DNA from: Hydrolagus colliei
Lineage: Eukaryota
NCBI GenBank assembly: GCA_035084275.1
Contig: CM068746.1
Coordinates: forward strand, 41,602,001 to 41,666,000
DNA: 64,000 nucleotides
Reading direction: 5' to 3'
The position numbers and the translations under genes are program-made. The notes under the pieces were generated by a model. That model did no database searches. It saw only the letters and a list, made by a program, of their open reading frames with translations, and was not told where the DNA came from. Of this stretch, positions 11,401 through 23,400 are shown one piece after another (positions within the stretch are counted from its first letter, which is position 1; every line of letters begins with the position of its first letter).

Positions 11401-14400
11401 ACTATATTCTTTTTCCACCGTCTCCTGGCGTGCGTTTCACTTCTTCATCTTCATTTGGTTGCTTCCCCCAAATCCAACAACACTTGTCCAGGAGTGGATA
11501 CTGGTGGACAAACGTCCCCGAATTGAATGAAATTGAAGAATTAAATAAAGCGCTCTTCATTGACACATTAATTAACAAATAATTCCTATTTTGGGATTAC
11601 AGTAGTCAAACTGCAATTGTATATGATCAATGTGTCATCTCACGGTACCTGTTGATCCTTGAAACTTTTTAAAAGGAGACATTAACAGTTGAAAACTGAT
11701 TTATTTATGCTTCCATATTAATGATAACAATCCTTGCATTTGACACAGCATCTTATTACATTGTTGAGATGTCTCAAAGCATTTCATAAGATATTATAAA
11801 GTGGATTGACTGTATTTTGTGGGGAAAACACAGCAGCCAATTGCATACAGTAGTGGATCACAAACAGATTCACCATTCGACAAACAACCGGGTTCCTATT
11901 TGCACAGCCAAGTCACTTTACAGTATATTCTGTGAAGCGCTTTGAGAGGTCGAGATGACTTGAAAAGCTCCATATCAAATGTAAGGATTATTATTATTCA
12001 CCTGCTTGTGTGACACTGATACACAATTTAGCTGCAACAAAGACAGTCATTACACTTTACAGTAAAATCCTGTGAAGCGCTTTGAGATATCCTCCTGACG
12101 TAAATGGCACTATGTCAAATCAAGGGTTGCTCCCCAATCCACCACTTGGTGCCTCCGCTCCACTGGTACTGACCACCTGCTTGTCCCTTGCGCCCTCCGC
12201 ACCATCATTGGAGGTTGCGCATTCAGTCACTACAGCCTGATTCTCTGGAACACTCACTCAGTACCTCTCTCCACCTTGGCCCCTCTCTCACCTCTTTCAA
12301 ATCCCCCCTAAAACCTTCCTCTTCGCCTATGCTTATGGTTACTCACACTCCTCCTGGAAATCGGAGTGGGGCAGTGTCGAGCACTGAAAGGTGCTATCCT
12401 GAGTGACCAAGTGCAAGTTGTTATTCACTCCTAAATTGTATGGCTTCCTCCATTGAAAAGTTTTGAAGATATCGTACTCGGCAGTGAGATCAACAGTGAC
12501 TGCCTTTGTTTTGTGTTATTTAATAAAACCCAGTTACAATTTTGCTAAGCTTTTGATTATAATAATTTGTCCATTTGATATCATGCCTTTGGGTGGCATA
12601 GAAACTCAGAGTGCATGACACGATTTACTCTAAATGGTAGTGACCCCTATTTGCTGGGAAACACTCCAGCCAATTTGTCCATTTTAATGTCCTTTGAACC
12701 ACATTTGAAGAGAATGACCAATTTTCTCTGGAGGATTACTGACCATGATACCAGGAGAAACTCCATTTTCCTTTTGTACAGTGCCATGGGACCTTTATGT
12801 CCACAGCGACAGTCAGACAAGACCTCGGTTAAAGATCCTGAAGGACGATATCTCTGACAGTGACTAGCATTACTTTTCTGGTGCTAAATTCCAATACTTT
12901 GATTCTGATAGAATTTAGCACCGTGCGACATCCAGCACACAAAACAGATCTGGTCACGTGACACAACCATGTTCCCAAGAAGGTAAGAGACGCCCAAACA
13001 GATCCTTGTTCTCCACTATTGGCACCTTTTCCCCTGCGGTAAGTCTATAAGCCAATTCAAAGTGAGGCTTTTTGAGTTTTGACCATAAGTGATGATACAT
13101 TAAGCTATTGTTTGAATTGCAGAAGTGTTTGAATGCATTCAGTTGTAGCAAATTCCTCTTCAAATGGAAAGAGAAATCTATCCAACTCTGTACTTTGAGA
13201 GGCACTGTGCGGGGTACGTAGTACAGTGTAAAACTAATGAAGAGCATTGCACTGAGTATTGCTGATCCTGTGGGTTGAAAGAGTTGGTATTGGAATAACT
13301 TCAGATATTACGGAAGGCATGCTTATTTTCATTCAAGTGCGTTTCTGCTGACTTCATGTCATTTAAAAGTACAGGTATCATGCGATCTTGGCATTTGATT
13401 TCTTTTTAAGTAATGATATATGCCAAATGTGAACCTTATGCAAACACCGAACAGGATATTTTGATCAAGTATCAGCAATATTGAGTTCAAATGAAAAATG
13501 CCCTGGGGTTGCATGTGGTCTCTTTATAGAACATGTAGGTCTTTGGCACTTGGGAGTTAGTGTTCATAGGGGATGTGAATGGGGGTATTCAAAACTTGGC
13601 TTTTGGAGCAAGCACCTGTGTAGGTAGGGGCTCGGGTTGTTGTGCAAGAAAACAAAATTTAATGAGCATTTGGAGTGTTTGGGGTTAGTTACCTTTTTTT
13701 ATCCAAAAGTAATGTACACTGTTAAAAATAATAGGGACCTCAGCTATATTTTGGTCAGGCCAGGATGGAAAGACGTTTTTAATGGGAGGTTTGCATTAAC
13801 ATTATCATTCTTTCTGTTCTGCTGAATCAATTCCGTGCCTGATTCTTGAGGGATTTCATAATTTTTGCACCAAAGTTTATTCCAAGCAAGATTCTGGTTA
13901 TTTATACGAATTATTTTTGCTATGAACATCAATTAGACAAAGTGGATCTATTTATTCTTGAAAGGAAACATCTCAAAGGATACCTTATAGAGTTAGATAA
14001 CATTTAAAATTATATTTGATAAGTAAACCCATAATAATATCCTTGGACACACCAAGACAGTACAGCAAGATAACACAAGTTTAGAATTGAAAAGGGCATA
14101 TGAGGACTGACATCGGGAAGTGTATCTTGATCCGAAGTGTAATACACGTCTGGAACAGGTTACCAGGAAGAAAGGTTGAGGTCAGGACGCTGAACACATT
14201 AAAAAAAAACAGCTTGCTGCTGTCATGGGATACAGTGAAATACAAGGGGCTAAAAGATCTTTGTTCTAACCAAACCTCAGTGTATTCAACGTTAGGAATG
14301 GTGTAGGGTGGGGCAAGGATTCAGGAAGACTGGCCAGTTTTCTTTCCTGCAGGGTGTTCACAAAATCTTGTCTGTTACTCCCATGGTTTTTCTACAGTAC

Positions 14401-17400
14401 ACTGACCCACAGCTAAAACATGTGGTAATTGTATTTAGAAATACTTGATTGTATTCATCATAAGTGTTTAACTGTATTTAGACATTCTGAGGTTCGGTGT
14501 GAGCGCCGCCATTTTCAAGGCAGATAATGATCCATTGCCATTTCAGTGTGAGGTAGTGTGGATGTAGTGACGTGGACATTGTTACACTCGACTCATCTGG
14601 ACCAGTGTAAAAATCCATTGTAAGAAGAAAAACAGGGTAATAGGACTTTGTGAACAACAGCCTGGAAAAAAAAAAGGCAGTCACCGACAGGTGCGTGACA
14701 CCAACTCAGTATCCTCAGTAGGCCTATCCTGCTCATCAAGGCCATCATCAGTGGTGGAGCATGTAGCACAGTGGGCTCTCACTTGCATGTTTGTTGCATG
14801 TTCGGGCTGCAGCAACTTTGGATAGAACTTTATAGAAAATACTGGCAGCCCTTTCAAAACAGCTTCCAAATCTTCCCTTTTCAAAACCTATTTTTGAATC
14901 AAAAGCACGATTTAGTTTTATTCTCAACAAGTCAGTGTAAAGAAATGGACAATTTCCCAGTGTCAGTACAATGCACTCCCAGTTGAGTTACACTATGCAC
15001 AGCGCAGTCAGAATGAATGATCTGGGGCACGGAGGGTCGGATGAATATTTTTTGAGAAGCAATTTTGAGTTCAGATTTTTGTAAGTTTGGTGTGTCTCTG
15101 TTGTGGCTATTATTTCAGGCAAAGAACAGCATTTTGCAGCAGCATGGAGTTGGATCCATAAACAATTATGAGGTGCATGAGCAATTAATCTGGAGGATTC
15201 TTGGCCAGCATACTAGGAGGAACTTTATTCTCTTTTTCAATTGCATTTTTTTGAAAAATAAATTCTATGTATGCAATTTTTTTTCATTCTCCTGAGATTT
15301 TCTCAATGCTCTGAAGCACTACCCCCCTCAGATATACAAGTTAATATATATTTTATATAAATAACCCTAAAGAGTTGTTATTTTACTCCTTCCATGCCTT
15401 ACTGAGATATTTTCAATTTTCAAGATATTGACAGTTTCAATCTTTCATCCGTGCTAAAGTCAGCTGATTTCAGCTGGGACATGACAATTATTCTGATCAA
15501 CTTTAGGCTATGAAGTGGGTGGAATGGGGTGATGTGTGTAAATGTCAGCTATCTATTTTGATTTCTGATCCCAAATGCAATTAGGTGAATCCTGATATTA
15601 AGTGAGTTTGGGGACGGGATTGGAATGTCCTTTATTGTAATGTTGCACACAGTTCAATGGCCAGCAAACACTCAGAAACATTGGGAACCCACTGCTGTGT
15701 TTGTATTGTGTATAGGTGCACAATGAGATGTTAAACTGAGGCTCCATGTGGAGTGACTGTTTGTTCAGCTAATCCGCAGTGCTGGGATGTGACTGCTCTT
15801 TCAGCCATTCCCCAGACAGTGCTTGCAGGATGGAAAGTTATACTTCCATTAAACCTGCAACTTCAAAATAAACATTCTGCAACTCTTCCAATGTCTTACC
15901 TTGTGGATGTTTACCAATGCCTTACCTTATGTATATTTCACCGATGTCTTATTTTGTGATTGGTTTACCAATATCTTATCTAGTGTGTGTTTTTTATTTG
16001 AAATAGTACCTGGGATGCAGCTGACCCAAAGTGCTCCTTATGATATCCTCGTGGACCAGACGACACAGTCAGGCAGGAGCTATCATTCAGAGTCTGCCCT
16101 TTGCCCAAGAGATGAGCCAGACTCTATCCCAATACCTGGGTCAGCAGGAAATACCGTTGAAGAACAAACGACATTGACAGCACAGGTACAGCACATGAGC
16201 TGACTCCTTGTGGAGCAGAATCCCCATCAGTCAGGGTGATGCAAATCCTCGTGTCTGCAGGAGCATTATTTACTTGCAAAGTTTCACATATTTGTCACCA
16301 TTTTTGTGAAGTAGATCATTCAGTAGCATCACTTGATCATCTTTATTCAGAATGTTTATCGATGCTCTCTTGTATCTACTTATGACTGATCCACAGTTGG
16401 CATTGAAGTGACCTTCTGAAGTTAAAAGCAAAATTTGGTTTGGTCAACCGGGTGTCTTGAAATATACGTAAACCCATCACTACGCTTAAAGCACCCAAAC
16501 CACAGAATGGAATGAAGTCACCTACATGTCTAGTATGGAATTTGCACTCTCTTCATGGAAGAATACACCCCATTGATCAACTTCTGCAGAGATTTGGGAA
16601 CAGATTTGATTGGAGAACCAGAGTGTGTTAGGCTACCTGGTGGTGTTTCACCAGCTAAAACACTGTCTGACAAGTTTCCCGAGGTTTGTCTGGCGAGGAC
16701 CACCCAATCCATTAGTTCTTTGGCTTGCAGATTTAACTGTTCAACTCCTAACCGCAGAGATTTCTCCCACTCAGAACAGCTGAATTTGAGGGTTTAGTGG
16801 GAACCCACTGTCCTCTGAGTGGGAAGAATCCCTTTTCCAGTGATGAGTGCGTCCTCCAGGTCCTGCTGGCTGTTCTGCCATCAGCAGTGTCCTGGAGGAC
16901 TCTGTGCCCTGCTCACTTGTCCCCCTTTCACCCAAGAGGATCAATCAAAAACTGGAATATTGTGTGTAAAAAGAAAAGTAAAAGAACTTAGATGAGTTTT
17001 TTAAATGAGTTTGAGAATGATATACCCGTGAATTACTATGATTTGCAACATGTCATGGTGAATAGACAAAATCTGCTCCTAGTTTTATCATTAATAGAGA
17101 TGCTTTTGAAGGAATTGACCGTGAAAAAGATATGCAATGCAACTAGCTTATAGAGCCATTTTTGGACAATGTGCAATATGATTGGAGTAATAACCTATAG
17201 GGTTCAGACAAATATGACATTAATTGTATGAAAACATGTTCCCTGAAGCTTCGTTAATCCCTTTCTAGGTGAGTGCTCTTACCATTGCAAAACTAACTAA
17301 AGGACTGTGGTTTTTAATGATAGTTGTGATATCAGAGGCTGGCTCGCAATGTTTATAGCATAAAGATGCTACAGTCAAATTGTGGTTCGCATAACCATAG

Positions 17401-20400
17401 TGCAAAGGCTTGATTCTGTGGATATGTGAGTTAATGGGCATCCAGTTTAATGGTAATGTTGGTTTCAAGGGAGCATTTATTCCAGCGCTAATTCAACTCC
17501 TAATAATCTGTGGCGTGTTTCATTAATAGGAGCAGCTGAATCATTGGGATGTTTTGCTCACAACAGGGAGTGAGTCTTGCACTTTATTTGTGCAATGTGA
17601 CAACTACTGTTTCTATTTTCAGTTGTTTTGCCCAATAAAAGTAGCCAGCAATTTTACCCTCCTTTGATCATAATCATTAATATTTTTCAGAATGGTGTCA
17701 GAATTATAAAGAATTATAAAGAATTATAAATTATAAAGCTCACAAAATGATTAACAAATTTAGATATTAAAATTTAGATATTGTAATTGAGTATTTTTTG
17801 TACCTCTATGTCAGTGATGATTAATCCAAAAATATTTGGTTAAGCATGAATTATTTGAAAACATGCCTTTTGTGAAAGATGAAAGTGGCATTGGGGTAGT
17901 TGGTGTTTCACTGTTAGTTTTGTACAAGACAATAGTGCTTTTATTTAAAGTTTAAATTTTTACAGCAGTACAACAGCGTAAAGTGGCGTTTCAAATGACT
18001 GTATTTGCAGAACCAGCTGAAACCCCGATCTTTACTGGACACTGCGGGGGCACCAACAAGCTCACTTGAAGAGGAAGGGCCATGTCAGCCGGCTGGTAAC
18101 TCTGCCAATGACGACGAGACAGCCAGCGTAAAAGTGATGGAGGCGAAGCTCACAGACGCACTGGAAAATGTGGAGACAACACTTTCTGCTGCAGAGGAGG
18201 AGAAGCTTGAAATTAAAAAGGCTTGTTGATACTTTTTGGTGATTGCCATAGGCTCCATTGTTTCCAAAATTCTTTGAAATATTCGCAAGCATTTGCTTAA
18301 ATCCTGCCAGGTTGCACAATATGAAAATGATTCAAGAACCAATCTGGCCATAAGCTCTAGGTTTTCAAAAGAATTCGGCTGCGATATAGATATTACATTT
18401 AACCCCCCCCCAATGTCTCAATTAAACATAGTGCAGTGCATGGCAGAACAGAATAGCAACTGTTCTGTATTAATAATAATCGTCCTTGCATTTGATATAG
18501 CGCTTCTCACATCTTCTAGACGTCTCACAGAATATACTGTAAAGTGAATTGATTGTATATTTGTGGACGAAACGCGGCACCCGATTGCACACAGCAGTGT
18601 CCCATAACAGTGGTGGATTGAAATGACATGACCAATTTTTTTTAATATGGATTATTGTTAGGCGTGTGGAGTAAGGAAACGGGAATTAAACCCAGGTCTC
18701 TCTATTGGAGGGTAGGGAGAGGGGCTGGTGCTCACCTATATTCTATAGCTCAGAACACCAACTTTACTAACACTATGAAGTACATGATTTTAAAAGTATA
18801 ATAATGATCCTTGCATTTGATATAGCACCTTATCACATCTATTACAGCATTACATAATTTAAAGAATATTATTTATATAGAATAAAGTATATTCTACCAG
18901 TCTATTTGGTGCATCACAGTATTTGCTTGGCTCAGTTGCGGAGAGCCCTGGTTTGGCGTAGGTGCTGTAATTTCTGAAGAGTTATGAAACCAAGGTCTCA
19001 CCTCCCTGTTCATATTTGAAAAGAGAATGGAGATGCCTCTGGTTTCCCACCCAACAATCTTCCAGATTCAGTGGGTATTTACCTCATGGACAATGTTTGT
19101 AGGACAATAGTTGCACAAATTGTTTATGGCATTTGCCTGCGCCGTCAGTAGAGGAGCCAGCAGTTCATTGTGAAGCTTTTATGTATTTTAAACAGAATAG
19201 TGAAAAGCTGCTGCGTAGGGGTGCAGTGTATCTGAGTTTACCAGGACTGAGCCATTGTGGGTCTCCTCTGACTGAGTTACATCCTCCACGACTGACTGTG
19301 TCTTGAGATTTATTTTTAAATGTCTTATGATTTGTTCTGTAGGACCTTGCAGAACTCCCGGAAAAACACTCAAAACTGCAAGAAGGGTTTCTACAGGAAA
19401 AAGGTGCACAGGAAATATCTCAGAGAGAGTACTACAGTCAGTTGCAGGTAATGTACGACCTGATCATGTACTAAATGTGAGGGAGAGCAAGGCAAGAGAT
19501 TAATGTGCCGTGTGGGTTTTTTGCAGTGCTGTTTAGTCTGGAAATTTTTCATATCTTCGATTTGAAGACTTCTTAGCAATTAAAATATTGTTGCACAGCC
19601 ATAAGGTTATGCAAAATTCCACAGTTCAAGTATGGCTGATATCTTTCATCTCCTCGGTTAAAATACGCAGGTTAATTCGATTCTTGGTTGCTCTTTCTGG
19701 TTAGTTATCTGTCAGCATTCAGTTCACTAAGTAAAGTATTTTAACAACAGAATCTCTGTTGAAATCTTTCACTCCTTTTGCTTGGAGTCACTATTTCCTC
19801 TCCAAAGATTTTATTTGGGGGTTTTGAATGCTCACAGCACAGACGTTGGAGATGTGACCACCCCCTCGAGACACTGCCTTAATTCAAATCATTCTTGGAA
19901 CAGATTAACATATTGTATTGTTGCAGTGAAGAGTTTGGTGTTGAAATATTACAGCTTTAATAAGCTTATGAAATACCTTTCAGCAAAGGTATTGCAGACT
20001 TAAATTTATGAGTTAATTTTTGTCTTTTGGCCAATGTCTCAGAGTTGCCTATCTTTGGGGAGAAATTCCACCTGGGTCTAAATTTACACTCTTCATGAAA
20101 TATAACAGACCCTCCAGAAATTGACAAATGTAGTGTTCTTCAGCAGCCAGTTTTCTCTTTCTTTTAAGAACTAATAAGAACTATTATTTCTTTAATCCTG
20201 GGTGTTGAATTTGGGAACAGAATTTTATAGTTCAGAAGAAGATCTATTGACCAACCATTTCTGCTGTCTTGTTGCAAGAGTTATTCATTCAGTCTCATTC
20301 CTCTTCCATCCCCTTAGTCAATTTATGTTTTTCATGTTAGAAAATGTAATTAAGCTCTTGAGGTGAACACGATATCTGACTTTGATGCAGCGGTTTATCG

Positions 20401-23400
20401 CATTCTGTGCAATGAGCTTCTTTCTAGTGTAATGACAATAACAATAAATAATAATCCTTACTTTTGATATAGCACCTTATCATGACTTCTAGACATCTGA
20501 AAGTGTTTCACATAATATAATGTAATGTGAATTGACTATTTTGTGGAGAAACACGGCAGCCAATCGTGCACAGCAGTATCCCACAAACAGTAGATTGAGT
20601 GACAAAAAAAAATTGTTTTTCAAGGAATTATTATCCCTAGAAAAGCAAACAATTGACGAACAAGCGGGTTCCTACTTACTACTAGGTAAGAGAACAGAGG
20701 AGTAAGGAAACTTGCCCAACAATCCATATTTATTGAATTTGGATGAGGGAGAACTATTGGCTAGGACATGTGAACTTCCTCATCTTCACATCTTCCTCAT
20801 ATTACCTTCAACCGTCAGAAGATACACACTTCAATTTAATGTCGCATCTGAAGGAAGCACTCCCTGATCTCCACATTGAAGTGACAGTCGACCTAGTGAG
20901 TTGAAGAACTGGTGTGAACATCTGATTTAGAAGCAAGAGTGCTACCTAGCAGACAAAAGCAAGAAGATTGATTTATGCAGAAAATATTTCTGTACTTGCA
21001 GAAATTATTTTTCTCCTACCTAAAATATATCTGTAAAAAAAAACCAATGGTTGTAGGATATCCTTCAGTCCTTCATCCATAAGCGCCCTGGTTTTTAAAA
21101 GGAAGTTAAGGTACCAGCCAATCAGTGCCACAAAGCCCAGTGAAACACAACTCCAACCCAAACGTGATTTTAGCATTGCCTGAGACACACTTTTTGAGTG
21201 TGGAGTGTGTGGGCACTTGTAACGTGATGTACATTGAAGCTTCAAAACTTGGTGCTGTGCCAAATTTTGCTTGTACACCTTTCCTCAGTGTTGTACTTTT
21301 CGAAAATCTGGGGAAAGAGAGGGGCAGGGAAGAGGAAAAGCCATTCCTGATGCCAAATTTACACTTTGAACTAGACTAGATATTGGTGCAATCTAGTGTA
21401 AATCTGAACAGGCATTACAAAGGCATGACTCAGAAACATGAAAATGAGTTCTTGGCAGCCCGTTGCATTCTGTAGAAGTTGTATTTGCTCTCAGTACATT
21501 TCCAGACTATCGACTTGTTCATCCTTCAGTGGAAGTCTGATCACTTGCCGAAACTGAATTTTCTTCACCCGTTGGAAGATTTTTTTTTGGTTTGTGCCCA
21601 GACCATGGAATTCTCAGACATGTCTGTCTGTAGATTGAGCTTATTGACATGATTTGAGGGGCATTTGATATGCTTCAGGTTTTACATCATTTGGAATAAT
21701 AATTCTTGAGGATGATTGGCAGACGGGTGGGGGCAGGGAGTTTGTTCTGGCCAGCTGTGTGCTTCTGTTCATCTCCATTCGGCTAGGATTTGAAATATCA
21801 ACAGTTCCAAAGAAAAAGGTTCCTGAATCCTGCTTTTCACTCTTTGTCTATAAAGCAGGCCTTTCTGCGTACAGATTCCTTGGTGACCACGGTTAATTTA
21901 GTGCTAGATGGATACCAATTTAGGATAGTTTGCAAGGAAGCAAACAGAAAGATTAGAAAGAATTTTTTTGCACATTTGTTGGGTTTTGGAACACCACTTG
22001 GGTGTGGAGGTCGAGACAGAATCCATATTAGCTTTTGAGAGAGAATCGGGTAGCTATCTGAAGAGGAATAATCTTGGTATTGAGAAAAGGCTGTTAAATA
22101 CAACTAGATTTCTTTGTTGCAGTGTGTGGGTGGACAGATGAAGGTTTTCCAGTTGGCCTATGGTTCATATTGGATTTTGAAGGCGTGAAAGTGTTGTGCA
22201 GTTCTGGGCCTGGCCAGATGCAGGCCTCAAATGACCATGAGCCTTGACTGAAGCAGATGCACCTAATTTAATATGGCAGACAAATGCCAGACTGCATATT
22301 GGTTTTATTCTCATTGGTCCAATTCTTACTACGGACATCAAACATGACCATCTCTTCAATTACTCAAATTTGGCCTTGGATTTTGAAACAGGCTTGAGAT
22401 CCTTGTTGAAAAGAGCAACATGAAGTGGTTTCAGAGCGAGACTCTACTTTTTGAAAATAAATCTTTTTGAAAAAAAATGAAAATGTTCCCTCACTTTAGA
22501 ACTGTCCTTCCTGGAACAATTTGTCTATTATTGACCTTTTAGTGTTCTCATCCAGAACTCTGCAGCCTCTACCACACTAGGCTCTGTGACTATATGACCG
22601 CCCCACCCTTGCCTGACTTCACTGGATTCCCATCACACAGAGGATATAGTTCAGAATGGTGGTCCTCACCTACATAGCCCCCCATGGGTTCTCTCCCGCT
22701 ACATCTGTGACCTCCTAACCCCCTACCATCCTGCTCGGTCCTTCTGCTCAGTGGGCTCCATCCTGCTTCACATCCCCTGCCTCATTGACGGGCGGGTCTT
22801 CAGCCATTCTGCCCCCACCCTCTGGAACTCCTATCTTGCAGTCTCTCCCCTTACCTAGCTCCATCCCTCACCTCCTTCAAATTGGCTGCTGCATTTGCTT
22901 ATGAAAAATACTCACTATTTTAGACAGTAGTTACCAATGAAGCATTTTGAGATATTTTGATTTCGTGAAAACTATCAAATACAATGATTACAGTATTATT
23001 ATTATTGGCCTCATAATATTGTAATATATGCTTGTGTCTGCTTGCAGGACAAACACAAACAGGAACTAGAGGATCTGAGAAAAGACGGCCAGATTGCCCT
23101 GAGCATTATCGTTGAGGAGTTCAAGGTTTGTGATCTGGCTTTTTGGGTGAAATTTTCCCTGTTTTTCGAAACAAAGCAAATCTTGGTGGTGTCCAAATCT
23201 ACGGAAATATGAATGCATTTACATTGGGCAATTCAGAGCAAATGGGCGATTCAGTTTTCGTGACAGGTACTGCCAGTGAAATAGTTCCAAGTATGTGGAA
23301 TCTAAGTTTTGGCTGTGTGACTTGGAAAGAGATTAAATAAGGAAAAAAAGATTGTACAGGCCAGACAGGGGGCAGCTGTGGTGGTGGCAGTGCTCGAGGC

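Noticed and set aside
12880-12922. 12-bp inverted repeat GGTGCTAAATTC/GAATTTAGCACC with a 19-nt loop
   Set aside because: The stem is short, it sits at the edge of a decayed SINE, and nothing else supports function.
17698-17785. Short tandem duplications (AGAATTATAA x3-4; AAATTTAGATATT x2)
   Set aside because: Ordinary slippage in AT-rich intron sequence.
17961-17968. NAGNAG acceptor (tacagcag) as the start of exon 4
   Set aside because: An in-frame TGA occurs before 18005; the acceptor at 18010 keeps the frame open.
18225-18226. Canonical GT donor for exon 4
   Set aside because: It gives phase 1, causing a frameshift with acceptor 19342 or a TAA with acceptor 19352.
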